From positions 1 to 64,000 of the IMG/VR virus record IMGVR_UViG_3300023172_000016: a DNA stretch of 64,000 nucleotides, one strand, 5' to 3'. Of the stretch, positions 36,041 through 46,109 are shown in pieces. The first letter of the stretch is position 1. Each line of letters begins with the position of its first letter. Origin of the DNA: a virus. The position numbers were made by a program, and so were the translations under genes. The notes under the pieces were generated by a model. The model worked only from the letters and a program-made list of their open reading frames with translations, was not told the DNA's origin and ran no database searches.

Positions 36041-36316
36041 TCAAAGAACTCTTTGCTCCCTCAAGCTTTTGAATATTTCGTCAATGTGCTTTTGCTCGAT
36101 AAATCTTTTACTGTCCCAAATGGCATTAAATAACCTTACAATTTCTTGCTCAGTGTAAGTTTCAGGTTGAAACAATGAGGTTCCACCCTTTTTAACCATC
36201 TCAAGAAGTAGGTCTGAAATATATCCTTCCTGAACTACCGTTTTTGCTAACTCATCCCTTTCTGATTCGGAGCATGAATACCAATAATCTTCTGGGTCAA
36301 TATCTATATCTGCCAC
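36041..36316 (-). CDS. Hypothetical protein
   Basis: 91-aa acidic ORF between the DUF2828 gene and the small RNAs. Confidence 0.55.
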   Translation of the reverse strand: MADIDIDPEDYWYSCSESERDELAKTVVQEGYISDLLLEMVKKGGTSLFQPETYTEQEIVRLFNAIWDSKRFIEQKHIDEIFKSLREQRVL

Positions 36317-36322
36317 CTTGAA

Positions 36323-37765
36323 TTAAATTATAATGTCTTTATACCTTTCAGAAAGAATAGTTTCGTTCATCACCTGAAGTGGCGATATAATTTCACCTTT
36401 GCAAATGCTTTTAAGAATTGCCGGCGAGAAACCGCTTACCAAAGCTGTACCAGATTCGGTGAAAGAAACCGGCACATTACCACCTCGGGATTGGATATTC
36501 CAGTAGATGATGGAAGGCATTGAGTATCCAGCTTCAGCATACATCCCTCTGACCATTTCCTGTGCAGTAGGATTCCATTCTACCTGATCAGTTTTATTCC
36601 AATAAGAGTAAGACATAAATGTCGCACTGTCGAATTCCATGTCAGAGAGGATCAATATCTTCGTTGGCATTTCAGATGCAGGTACAGAGTTTTTAACTGC
36701 CTGATCCAATATATGCGAAAAGGTCTTTTGGAGATCCGTGTTCATACCCCAAGCAGCTCTAGATAATTGCGAAAACCTCGACTTTAAATCACCCTTCAGT
36801 ATTTGAATCTCTGGGTTAGCAGAGAAAGTTACAAAAGAGTCCTTAAACGCTCCCTCGTTTCTTTCAGAAATGTACATCCCTAAAGAGATTGCAACATCCA
36901 AGCAAGTAACATTAGAATTTCCACCAGCGGGTGTCATCATTGAACCCGAGGTGTCAACGACTGGAAGAATTCTTTCCTCGCTCCCCTCCATGTAATCAGG
37001 AAGTGCTTTCCATTGCTCAGAGGCAAAGTCTGCATCTCCGTGTTTGAGAGTTTTGGTCACATCATAAGGATAGACTGCAGAAGCATTTACTTTTTCCTCG
37101 CCAGACCTTAATTTCTCAAGATATAAATTATATCTCTCCGAATCGTTTTTGTGAAATGCCTTAGTGTATCTTGCTGCTGCTACTGAAGGAAGCTTACCAT
37201 ACTCAATAGACTCCCAATCTTTAGCACACATAGCCTGCTCGACAACATTTGTGAGGCCAACCAGTGTCTTTCTATATTGCTTAGGTGTGAATCCTAAGAA
37301 GTTTCTTAGTCTGTTTGCTACCGGTCCCTTTCTAGGCATCCATTTAGCACAAAGTCCATTTTCGCTTTCGAGACCACTCTTTATTAGATCTAATGCAGGT
37401 GCTTCGAGCTTGGTGCCAATCAAAGTAAGCAAATCGTCCCATCTTCCATATTCTGGGATGAGATGTAGGTTTTTTCCTAGTATCTCTGGGTTGTCGCTTG
37501 CTAAATATGTAATAATGTCCTTGAAGATCTGTCTTTCTCCTGCTCCACCTCTGATGTCTCTTACCCAAAAAAGAATTCTCATGGCTGTAAGTGGATCCTC
37601 GTGAAACGCAAGTGAGAAGTTTGCAATAAGTCTTTGCTTATCCTGTCCCCTCATAGCACCAATCATGAAGAATAAATCTACACAAGCATTCAAAGAAGAT
37701 GAGTTGGTTGTCATCCCATTTTCCGTGGTGATGTTCTTGGTTCTAAGTGCGTCTGCGAGCTTCAT
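36323..37765 (-). CDS. DUF2828 (TROVE/Ro60-like) protein with C-terminal vWA domain
   Basis: TTENG, VDLFF, RDIRGGAGER, YGRWDDL, AKWMPR, then MIDAS motif DTSGSM, MNTD, SDMEFD, YWN, SGFSP. Confidence 0.85.
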   Translation of the reverse strand: MKLADALRTKNITTENGMTTNSSSLNACVDLFFMIGAMRGQDKQRLIANFSLAFHEDPLTAMRILFWVRDIRGGAGERQIFKDIITYLASDNPEILGKNLHLIPEYGRWDDLLTLIGTKLEAPALDLIKSGLESENGLCAKWMPRKGPVANRLRNFLGFTPKQYRKTLVGLTNVVEQAMCAKDWESIEYGKLPSVAAARYTKAFHKNDSERYNLYLEKLRSGEEKVNASAVYPYDVTKTLKHGDADFASEQWKALPDYMEGSEERILPVVDTSGSMMTPAGGNSNVTCLDVAISLGMYISERNEGAFKDSFVTFSANPEIQILKGDLKSRFSQLSRAAWGMNTDLQKTFSHILDQAVKNSVPASEMPTKILILSDMEFDSATFMSYSYWNKTDQVEWNPTAQEMVRGMYAEAGYSMPSIIYWNIQSRGGNVPVSFTESGTALVSGFSPAILKSICKGEIISPLQVMNETILSERYKDIII

Positions 37766-37867
37766 AATAAACGTATTTGGAATCTATATAACTAGTGCAA
37801 TGTTTTGTTTCCGTCTTTTAAAGACAAGTGCAAAACTAATAATCCAAATCGAGCTAAAAAAATAAAT

Positions 37868-39277
37868 TTAGAATTTCTTCAGCACGTACAACTTTTTACT
37901 TGCCCTTGTATATGCTGTGTACTTAATCCTATTTCTCTCAATCACGTCCCAGTTCATATCTATGTCGTCCTCCATAACAAAAGATACTTCATAAGTGCTG
38001 CCTTGGGATTTATGTGCTGTAATACAATATGCGTATGACACGTCCGCGAATTCTCTAAGGAAATCGTAGTATTCTATCCAAGACTTGTCCTTTCCTTTTT
38101 TCTGGATCGCGATATTCTTTAGGATATTAGCAATCTTCCTAAATTCATATTCACTATCCTCATGCAATATTTCTAGAACTTCCTGGTGTTTAGTGTTGTT
38201 GTCATCCAAAAACCAAACCTTTGTCTCATAGTACTTTATATAAAGCTCAAGGTCCTCCGCTTTAAACCTTTTGTGCTTTATCTTGAAGGACTTAACTGTA
38301 AATTCATCATTGGTGTTAAATAGCACCATCCCCATTACTATATAAGGACTATTTACAATAAGCTTTTCTCCTGGGAGTATCTTATCACCAACATTATCTT
38401 CCCCGTAAATTACCCTTCGAACCAGGTTGTTCATTGTGGCGACTGTTTTATTTCTCCAGGCAACTATCTTAGCATATTCTGAATCCTCCTGGAAATCAAC
38501 ACTCTTAAAATAATTGCCGATAATATTGGGTATTGATTTTCTAGTGTCTGGGTCACCAAGATTTAAAAAATCTATGCCCTCCCCAGTATCATTTAAGATC
38601 GTTTCAGCAGGTATGCCTACACTAAGATTCCTCACGTTCTCTCTTATCTTCACAGAAGAGCTAATTATAGGGTTATCCAACTTCTGCCTCATGATGGTTT
38701 TAAGATCTATTGTTACAATCCCATACTCTTCAGCCAGCTCTTCAGTAAAGGGGATACAGTCAGGTTTTCCTACCGGTGGGATTTGTGCAGGATCACCCAT
38801 GCATATTATCTTTATATTTTCCCTGTGCTTAATTATTTTTTCGAAGAGATCATCATTAAGCATAGATACCTCATCTATTATTAGAAGCTTAATTTTGGAT
38901 ATCTTAGGTTGAAATCCAGGGTCATTTACAAACTCTTGCTTTCCCTCCTTTGTTATCTTTTCTTTTAATCCAAGAAGTTTGTGAATAGTTTGGAAAGAAA
39001 CTCGTGGATCACTTATATCCGAGGATCTTCTAATAACCCTTACAGATTTATTTGTTGGCCCAGTAACCGCTATTCTATACCAATTTCTATTGTAATGAAG
39101 CTCTGACAGTAGGTAGTTGACAAGAAGACTGACACAAAAGGTTTTACCTGTTCCTGCCCACCCTCTTAAAACATAAACAGACCTGTCTTTAGGGTTGTTC
39201 AGATATTTAACAAGTTTTCCGAAAGCAGCCCTTTGGTCGCCGTTTAGTACACTAGTATCTACAATGCTTTTTTTCAA
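37868..39277 (-). CDS. SF1 helicase (Dda/RecD-like)
   Basis: GWAGTGKT, TIHKLL, IIDEVSM, GDPAQIPPV, AYCITAHKSQGSTY, YTAYTRA. Confidence 0.92.
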   Translation of the reverse strand: MKKSIVDTSVLNGDQRAAFGKLVKYLNNPKDRSVYVLRGWAGTGKTFCVSLLVNYLLSELHYNRNWYRIAVTGPTNKSVRVIRRSSDISDPRVSFQTIHKLLGLKEKITKEGKQEFVNDPGFQPKISKIKLLIIDEVSMLNDDLFEKIIKHRENIKIICMGDPAQIPPVGKPDCIPFTEELAEEYGIVTIDLKTIMRQKLDNPIISSSVKIRENVRNLSVGIPAETILNDTGEGIDFLNLGDPDTRKSIPNIIGNYFKSVDFQEDSEYAKIVAWRNKTVATMNNLVRRVIYGEDNVGDKILPGEKLIVNSPYIVMGMVLFNTNDEFTVKSFKIKHKRFKAEDLELYIKYYETKVWFLDDNNTKHQEVLEILHEDSEYEFRKIANILKNIAIQKKGKDKSWIEYYDFLREFADVSYAYCITAHKSQGSTYEVSFVMEDDIDMNWDVIERNRIKYTAYTRASKKLYVLKKF

Positions 39278-39286
39278 ATGACCTTA

Positions 39287-39781
39287 TTATGAGAATTCTG
39301 TTGATGATGAAACTCTCAATTCATCAATTATCTTATCGTAATGTTTAGGGTCGTTGAAAAGCGAGGACCTTTCATTGTTTTTATAATATTCAGCATCCCC
39401 TATAAAACCATCAGGTTCACCCCATGTAAGAGCCATTTTGATGAACTCTTCAACCTCAATTTGAGTACCATATTCATCAACAACTCTTCCTTTACGAATA
39501 AACTCAAGTAATTCTTGTTTATTACTGTAAAACTTTCCGTCATGGAAGTTCCAACAGAATTTCCAACCCATACTTCGTTTACCCAGATGTACAACTGTAT
39601 CTGCTGTAAATTCATCCCAAGGAGAAAGACCATCCCAAGAATGCTCGTTATTTTTAATATACCTAAAACCCCTTTCGATAAGATCCGGGGTAAGCTTTAA
39701 GCCAATTAGTCTTACCTGGAGTCTCTCTTTTCGGTCTTCCATTTCCTGTTCACAAGGTATCCTATAGTAATTTGTTCCCAT
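39287..39781 (-). CDS. Hypothetical phage protein
   Basis: MGTNYY, HLGKRSMGWKF, VDEYG motifs. Confidence 0.6.
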   Translation of the reverse strand: MGTNYYRIPCEQEMEDRKERLQVRLIGLKLTPDLIERGFRYIKNNEHSWDGLSPWDEFTADTVVHLGKRSMGWKFCWNFHDGKFYSNKQELLEFIRKGRVVDEYGTQIEVEEFIKMALTWGEPDGFIGDAEYYKNNERSSLFNDPKHYDKIIDELRVSSSTEFS

Positions 39782-39787
39782 TCGGGT

Positions 39788-40456
39788 TTATGTTTTCTTG
39801 GAAGATATAATCTCGTCAATAATACCATACTTAACAGCCTCGTCAGCATCCATCCAAAAATCACGGCTGGCGTCTTCTTTTACTTGTTCGGGATCCTTAT
39901 CACAATATCCACCAAGAAGTTCAAAAAGAATTTTGTTATACTTTTCCCATTCCTGGAAATCAATCTTAGCATCCTGTATGTTCCCAGAGAATCCTCCAGA
40001 TGATTGGTGAAGCATTACTTTAGAGAATCTTAATGAATATCTTTTCCCTCTTGTACCCGCTCCTAAAAGAATAGATCCCATTGAGGCTGCCATCCCGGTA
40101 TTAACCGTTATAATGTCGGATTTTACATAATCCATTACATCCACCATAGAAAGGCCGGATTTAACGGATCCACCGGGTGAATCGATATGCATTGTAATGT
40201 CTTTTTCTTGAACTGAATCTAAGAACATCAGCTGTGCTTGAACTATCGTGGACATTTTATCATTAACCGGACCAGCTACCCAAAGTAATCTATCCATCAT
40301 CAATCTTGAGAAAATGTCCATCTGTGTAACTCTCAATTCCCTCTCTTCCAAAATGTAAGGTGTTAGCGAACTTTCAATTAAGTTGGTGTAGTTGTGAACG
40401 TCAAGCGATCCAATATTATGCTCACTCAATGCATATTTTTCGAATTCTTTCTTCAT
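39788..40456 (-). CDS. clpP: ATP-dependent Clp protease proteolytic subunit
   Basis: DIFSRLMMDR, IDSPGGSV, GMAASMG (Ser), MLHQ (His), RDFWM.A.EA..YGIIDEI. Confidence 0.96.
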   Translation of the reverse strand: MKKEFEKYALSEHNIGSLDVHNYTNLIESSLTPYILEERELRVTQMDIFSRLMMDRLLWVAGPVNDKMSTIVQAQLMFLDSVQEKDITMHIDSPGGSVKSGLSMVDVMDYVKSDIITVNTGMAASMGSILLGAGTRGKRYSLRFSKVMLHQSSGGFSGNIQDAKIDFQEWEKYNKILFELLGGYCDKDPEQVKEDASRDFWMDADEAVKYGIIDEIISSKKT

Positions 40457-40467
40457 ATTTGTTTCTA

Positions 40468-40707
40468 TTAGAATTTCATATCAAAAGGTTCCTTCATTCC
40501 AGTTTCCCTATTAACGAAGTCTCTCTCTGTGTTGCTATTAATATTACCCTGTAAATGGTAAATTATTTCCCTAGCTGCTTTTAATTCCTCAAGGACATCC
40601 AGAATATTTACCCTGTGATTCTTTGATATTGTCAAATCTTCAATATCCCCAATAGCTGAATTTACTTTTGCTCCTGCTTCTTGGAGCATATATTTTGTGT
40701 TTTCCAT
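40468..40707 (-). CDS. Hypothetical protein
   Basis: Probable start MENTKY. Confidence 0.45.
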   Translation of the reverse strand: MENTKYMLQEAGAKVNSAIGDIEDLTISKNHRVNILDVLEELKAAREIIYHLQGNINSNTERDFVNRETGMKEPFDMKF

Positions 40708-40763
40708 TTTATACAATTTTGGATTATACCACAAAACTACCAGGAAGCAACGAATAAAAAAAA

Positions 40764-41087
40764 TTAAATAAGAGAATTATTAACAGTTCTGTGAGCTACA
40801 CCACCGACTCCTGCTATTCCACTATATAGAGAATGGACGCTCTTTATGGTACTGTCCCACGGAAATTGGGACTCTGAAAGCCTTACCATTGGCTTAACCG
40901 AAATTAGTTTTGTCTCACCCATTACTTGGTTAAATTTACACCTTAATGTTCCTCTTCCGTGAACAGGACAATTACAAACAACGTAAACTACAGCTTCGCC
41001 GGAGGGCTTCTGTGAAAAATCAGAGAAGTGGGTTTGGAAACCCTCCTTCTCTTTAAGATATTTTTCAAGCTCTTGCAAAAATTGCAT
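40764..41087 (-). CDS. Hypothetical protein
   Basis: 107-aa ORF with CNCPVH. Confidence 0.5.
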   Translation of the reverse strand: MQFLQELEKYLKEKEGFQTHFSDFSQKPSGEAVVYVVCNCPVHGRGTLRCKFNQVMGETKLISVKPMVRLSESQFPWDSTIKSVHSLYSGIAGVGGVAHRTVNNSLI

Positions 41088-41395
41088 TAGGATTTAACGA
41101 TATTTTCATCGACCCATTCCTGCACTTTTACCTTAGGCAATGCTCCTGTTTTCGTAGCAATTCCTTCTTTGCTTTTAAAGATCATCATAGTTGGTATACT
41201 TCTTATCCCGTATTTTGAAGCAAGCTCCATAGATTCGTCTACGTTTATTTTTATAACTTTCAATAGTGGATTTTCTTCCTCTATTTGGTTAATTATGGGT
41301 CCTAGCATTTTACATGGGCCACACCAAGGTGCCCAAAAATCCGCAAGTATGTTTTCGCTGTTTTCTAGTTCTAGATCAAATTCTTCTATTGTCAT
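41087..41395 (-). CDS. trxA: Thioredoxin
   Basis: DFWAPWCGPCK, SIPT. Confidence 0.96.
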   Translation of the reverse strand: MTIEEFDLELENSENILADFWAPWCGPCKMLGPIINQIEEENPLLKVIKINVDESMELASKYGIRSIPTMMIFKSKEGIATKTGALPKVKVQEWVDENIVKS

Positions 41396-41441
41396 AATTT
41401 GAGTTTTGTTTTATTATAGATTTATTTTTCTAATTATTCCG

Positions 41442-41762
41442 CTATATCAATATAGTTTGTACCATATCAGGCTGGGTTCTATATATGAGTTGTGGGTCTG
41501 GAGACATTATTACTGAAATTCCGTCCGACATATCGTGGAGTCCAGTTATGTAATTTTCTACATCTTGCCTTTTTTCAGGGGGAAAGGAATACTGACTCAT
41601 TACGTCGTCCACAATCTTTTGTAGTGAGCTTTCAAATTCACTGGGGTCGTGGAATTTAAAGTACTTCTCATACTTTTTAACAAAATTCCTTATCATAGCC
41701 TGCTCAGGCTGAGTTAGCGAGAGATCTGACATAAAGTCGTCAAATTCCTGTATAAGATCCAT
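41442..41762 (-). CDS. Hypothetical protein
   Basis: 106-aa ORF, N-terminus MDLIQEFDDF. Confidence 0.55.
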   Translation of the reverse strand: MDLIQEFDDFMSDLSLTQPEQAMIRNFVKKYEKYFKFHDPSEFESSLQKIVDDVMSQYSFPPEKRQDVENYITGLHDMSDGISVIMSPDPQLIYRTQPDMVQTILI

Positions 41763-41821
41763 AATCGAAACAGTTTTTATTTTAGATGATATATATTCAA
41801 TAACTTTAAAACATAATTGAA

Positions 41822-42151
41822 ATGTCCACAGAAGAAAAAGATATCAAGGTCGAAGATCAGGTCGATTTTGAAACACAGGAAGAAACAAACACAGACGAAC
41901 TTACCCCCGAGGTAAGCGATTTTGAGAACAGCGAAGAAAGCGATTCAGAAGTTGCTGATATCAGCACAGAAACGCCATCCATTGAAACATCAAGTCCAGA
42001 AGCAACTGGAGATGTTATGGATACACCAGAACCCGCTGCTGAAATTACTAGCCATCAGGAGGATATTTCTTCAGAAACACCGCAACCACAAGAAACCTCA
42101 TCACCTGGTAGAGTAATGAGGTTTGAAGATTTTGTAAATAACAGGGATTAA
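41822..42151 (+). CDS. Acidic disordered protein
   Basis: Glu/Ser/Thr-rich, ends GRVMRFEDFVNNRD; GATATATA at 41788-41795. Confidence 0.65.
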   Translation: MSTEEKDIKVEDQVDFETQEETNTDELTPEVSDFENSEESDSEVADISTETPSIETSSPEATGDVMDTPEPAAEITSHQEDISSETPQPQETSSPGRVMRFEDFVNNRD

Positions 42152-42324
42152 TCCTTATCTGCAGATCTTCCCAGGTCCCTTCTAATCAACCCTCTCACAT
42201 AGTGAGATATTGAAACTGGGGGTTCTCCTGTGGTTAAAGCTTTCTTAGAAATCTTTTTGCTAAGCTCTTCCAGGTCTTCCGTTGATAGTAAGACCTGGAT
42301 TTTTTCTGTTTTATCTTCTGCCAT
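42148..42324 (-). CDS. Small ribbon-helix-helix-like protein (58 aa, not in ORF track)
   Basis: MAEDKTEKIQVLLSTEDLEELSKKI...SISHYVRGLIRRDL. Confidence 0.5.
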   Translation of the reverse strand: MAEDKTEKIQVLLSTEDLEELSKKISKKALTTGEPPVSISHYVRGLIRRDLGRSADKD

Positions 42325-42351
42325 AATTGGTTTTATTTCTATTCTATATAT

Positions 42352-43842
42352 TTAATCCTTTTTGTATAAAATTTCCATAAATTCTATTCCACCATATGGA
42401 TCTCCTTTTGCTTGCATTGGTGAATAGCCATCAACTTGGTCAGAAACCACGAAAGCTTTGTGAGGGTTAACCATAACACCAAGCTTTTTCATTAATGGCC
42501 GGTTGGCTAAAAACGGGGTGCTTTTAGATATCCTGTCTGTTGGTGCAACTTTTACTTTAGGAATCTTGACGCCATTGAAAACTATATCCATTTCTATAAT
42601 GGGTCTTTCGTCTGTATCCCTACCTATTTCAGTTTTGGTTCTGCCAACAATTTTTCCTTCAATCTCATTTTCACCAATCTTGAATTTGAGAGTGTCTCCA
42701 TTTTCTTCAATTTCATCAGCATGGATAGAAGATGCTGTGGAACCGTTTCCTGTATCAAATTTAGCTACCATTTTTCCGATGGATGGAATTTCTAAAGTTT
42801 CAAGATATCCTACCTCCAACTTAGTCTGAGACCAATTCTTCTTGTCTACAATATAATCCAAGACATCTCCTACGATCGGTTTTCCGATAGCTTCAGATAT
42901 TCCTTCCGTTCCTGGTGATGAATTTACCTCAAGTATAAATGGCTTGCCAGTTTTAGAGTCAATCATAATATCAACGCCACACCAGTTACAAGATACACTG
43001 TTTGCTGCTTCACAAGCTATTTTTTCAATCTCCTCATTAGTTTCATAAGCTGAAACCTCTCCACCTAAGGTATAATTAGTCCTAAAGTCTTTCTCTACTG
43101 CTTGCCTTTTCATTGCTCCTAGGACTGTGCAGTTTTCTACACCCGGGTTTAAAGGATCGAATTTTTTAACTATTACCTGAATCCTTACATCGAAATCAGA
43201 ATCGATCTTTTCCTGCAAAAGTATTTCACCATCAGGATCAAGTTTTTGAATTGTTTGGTAGACTGACTTAAGAGATGCATAAGAGTCTACAATTGAAACT
43301 CCAATACCTTGTGAACCAGACAACAGCTTCATCACTACCGGAAATTCTCCCCCAACTTCTTCAAGAGCTCTATCCAATCCCTTTGTGCTATTAACTAAAG
43401 CATATTTTGGTGTTGGAAGCCCTTCCTCATCAAGGACTTTTGATGTGAGGTATTTACTTTCACATATTTCTATAGATTCCAAAGAATTAACACAGAAATA
43501 TCTAGATGCTTCAAGATCTCTCATAATTTGCTTTGTGTAGGAGTTAGTAGTGACTCCTCCCCTTGGAACAATAGCTGTAGTCTCTGGTCTTATTAAGATC
43601 TCTTTAGCCTCTTCTCCGTCAGTGTACTTAACCACGTGTCCATTATAGACCTTCTCTAGTACCACATTATTGACGTTAACAACATTAAATGTTAAACCTC
43701 TTTTCTCACACTCCTCTGCGAAAGACTTAGCAGTTTTGCTGGGTTTTGATTCCCCACTAAGCATAAGAATATCTACGGATTCGTTATTCTCGGCTTCATT
43801 TAGAAAAGATTGAAAATTAAGTGCAGGGGAAATCCTTTGCAT
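42352..43842 (-). CDS. RimK-like ATP-grasp ligase fused to a retropepsin-like (RimB-type) protease domain
   Basis: FPVVMKLLSGSQGIGV, LLQEKI, FRTNYTLGG, GVDIM, LEVNSSPG; C-terminal AKFDTGNG, ERPII, DR...TPFL.NR. Confidence 0.88.
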   Translation of the reverse strand: MQRISPALNFQSFLNEAENNESVDILMLSGESKPSKTAKSFAEECEKRGLTFNVVNVNNVVLEKVYNGHVVKYTDGEEAKEILIRPETTAIVPRGGVTTNSYTKQIMRDLEASRYFCVNSLESIEICESKYLTSKVLDEEGLPTPKYALVNSTKGLDRALEEVGGEFPVVMKLLSGSQGIGVSIVDSYASLKSVYQTIQKLDPDGEILLQEKIDSDFDVRIQVIVKKFDPLNPGVENCTVLGAMKRQAVEKDFRTNYTLGGEVSAYETNEEIEKIACEAANSVSCNWCGVDIMIDSKTGKPFILEVNSSPGTEGISEAIGKPIVGDVLDYIVDKKNWSQTKLEVGYLETLEIPSIGKMVAKFDTGNGSTASSIHADEIEENGDTLKFKIGENEIEGKIVGRTKTEIGRDTDERPIIEMDIVFNGVKIPKVKVAPTDRISKSTPFLANRPLMKKLGVMVNPHKAFVVSDQVDGYSPMQAKGDPYGGIEFMEILYKKD

Positions 43843-43870
43843 GTGTAAAATTTACTTTGATGTATATATC

Positions 43871-44983
43871 CTACTTGGTGACGCTTATTTCCCTCTTGGA
43901 TCTGGCAAGAGCACTTCCGATTACGTGGTGCATATCGTAATATTTGTACTCAGCTAATCTTCCACCAAATATATACTTATCAGAAATTTGTTCAGCCAAT
44001 TTCTTGTAGGCTGAATAAATGTTTTTATTCTTTTCGTCAGATACTGGATAAAACCTCTCTTTGCCTAATTTCCACTCGGAGGGAAACTCTTTGGTAATGA
44101 CTGTCTTATCTGATTTTACCCAATCAAAATGCTTGTGTTCACATATCCTTGTCCAAGGTATATCGGCTTCAGTGTAGTTTATTAAAGCATTTCCCTGAAA
44201 GTCTTCAATATCTAAAATTTGTGAATTGAAGTCTAGACTTCGATATTCTAAGATACCCTCTGAATAATCAAAGAATTCGTCGATAGGACCGGTGAAAACT
44301 ATTTTTTTGGCTTGAGATTCCCAATATTTTCTGTCCTCTAAGAAATCAACATTAAACTTTACCGGGACATCACCTTGGATATTCTCTATCATTTTGGTGT
44401 AACCACCAATAGGTATTCCTTGGTACTTATCGAAATAATAATTATCGTCGTATGTTAACCTTATCGGTAGTCTCCTTATGATGAAAGAAGGCAATTCTTT
44501 AGGGTCTCTTCCCCATTGCTTAGTAGTGTATCCCCTTACAAACTTTTCGTAAATCTCTTCTCCAACCTCATTAAGAACCCACTCTTCGAGGTTTGAGGGT
44601 TTCTTAATTTTTATCCTAACCTCGTCTAATTTTTTCTTTGCCTCTTCGGGAGTATTAACACCAAAAAGCTGATATAATGTCATGAGGTTAATCGGGAATG
44701 AAAATATTTTTTCCCCGTACTTAACTTTGGGTCTATTCACATAATTATTAAACTTAGCAAATCTGTTTACATAGTTCCAAATGCCATCATCAGATGTGTG
44801 GAATATATGGGGTCCATATTTATGAACCTCTATACCATGCACATTTTCGGTATAGCAATTTCCACCGCTATGATTCCTCCTCTCGAGGATAAGGCAACTC
44901 TTACCGGACTCTGTAAGTTGTTGTGCAAATACACTACCAAAAAGACCGGAGCCAACTACGATATAGTCATAAGTATCATTCAT
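43871..44983 (-). CDS. glf: UDP-galactopyranose mutase
   Basis: GSGLFG, GGNCY, HKYGPHIFHT, GYTTKQWG, YQGIP, GRLAEYKYYDMH. Confidence 0.96.
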   Translation of the reverse strand: MNDTYDYIVVGSGLFGSVFAQQLTESGKSCLILERRNHSGGNCYTENVHGIEVHKYGPHIFHTSDDGIWNYVNRFAKFNNYVNRPKVKYGEKIFSFPINLMTLYQLFGVNTPEEAKKKLDEVRIKIKKPSNLEEWVLNEVGEEIYEKFVRGYTTKQWGRDPKELPSFIIRRLPIRLTYDDNYYFDKYQGIPIGGYTKMIENIQGDVPVKFNVDFLEDRKYWESQAKKIVFTGPIDEFFDYSEGILEYRSLDFNSQILDIEDFQGNALINYTEADIPWTRICEHKHFDWVKSDKTVITKEFPSEWKLGKERFYPVSDEKNKNIYSAYKKLAEQISDKYIFGGRLAEYKYYDMHHVIGSALARSKREISVTK

Positions 44984-44985
44984 TA

Positions 44986-45828
44986 TTAAATTTCAAAGGT
45001 CGTTTTATTTTTCATCCATTCAACTAAACTATCCAGATCTTTTCCGGGTTTAAATCCATGGTAGAATAAAATCCGACTACTATCATCACAGGTCTCGTAC
45101 AAACGAGTATCTAAATTATCCAACGAATATTCTCTGAACTTATCTATAACAACGTTTTCTTCTGTCTCTATATTTAAAAAAGAATCAAAAGATGTGGTAT
45201 TAAAAAATACAAGGTCAAAAAAATCTGTACAGCCTCCTTTCCAGAGGGTAATATTATAAGCGGTCTCCTCTCTAAAAGGGAAATATATCTCTTTTTTCTT
45301 AAGAAGATACGGATTAAGTAGGATCGATTTCCACTCCTCCAGGAAATCTAGACAATTGTCGTTATATGAAATCATGCTGGCCCATAAATATTTACAAGAT
45401 CTTTCAGCAATACCGAAATATTCCATGAGCTTAGTTTCATCATAAACAATAGTCTCCTCACCAAAAGATTTCCATATCCAAACGTGGTCTTGTGGTCCCG
45501 AGGATGATATTGGTAATTCAGAGCTTTCGTTGATCAACTTCTCTGGATCAAACCTCTTACTTAATATGATATCACAATCCATATAGAGGATATGACTGTC
45601 ATAATTTAGCCCATCGATGAGAATATCTGGTTTATAGTAAGTAAGGTCCGGTTTTTCCGGATCTAATTCATATCTGATCTTGGTGAAATTTGGATATTCT
45701 AGAGTAGAATCAAAACCAACTGTGTAGTATAGGACATGAACATCCCCAACACTAGCATATTTTCTGGAAACCATAAAAGCATTAACCATGCTTTCGTACA
45801 CAGAATCAGAATAAACCAAAATCCTCAT
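44986..45828 (-). CDS. Glycosyltransferase-like protein
   Basis: YYKP, LYMDCD, PFREET.YN, FYHG; paralog of 15854-16801. Confidence 0.6.
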   Translation of the reverse strand: MRILVYSDSVYESMVNAFMVSRKYASVGDVHVLYYTVGFDSTLEYPNFTKIRYELDPEKPDLTYYKPDILIDGLNYDSHILYMDCDIILSKRFDPEKLINESSELPISSSGPQDHVWIWKSFGEETIVYDETKLMEYFGIAERSCKYLWASMISYNDNCLDFLEEWKSILLNPYLLKKKEIYFPFREETAYNITLWKGGCTDFFDLVFFNTTSFDSFLNIETEENVVIDKFREYSLDNLDTRLYETCDDSSRILFYHGFKPGKDLDSLVEWMKNKTTFEI

Positions 45829-45839
45829 TACTCGTTTAT

Positions 45840-46109
45840 CTACATCCTTGTTACAACCTCACTGAAAAGATGTTCTACCTCCATTGCAGCGTGCAATTTT
45901 TGGAGTTCAGAACATTTTTGGAAATCCTCCTCCAATTCAAAAAAATCTAGCAGCTCTTTCACCCTTTCACATTTAAATAAGGTTGAAAAATATTTATCCG
46001 TAATGAAATCTTTACGGTACTTCATAATCATGGAGTAATTATCATACATGAAATTTCTATATTCCTCAAACCCGTCATCAAACAGGTATTCTAAAAATGG
46101 GTCTGCCAT
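45840..46109 (-). CDS. Small protein with UVR-like EDFQKC motif
   Basis: FFELEEDFQKCSELQK. Confidence 0.55.
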   Translation of the reverse strand: MADPFLEYLFDDGFEEYRNFMYDNYSMIMKYRKDFITDKYFSTLFKCERVKELLDFFELEEDFQKCSELQKLHAAMEVEHLFSEVVTRM

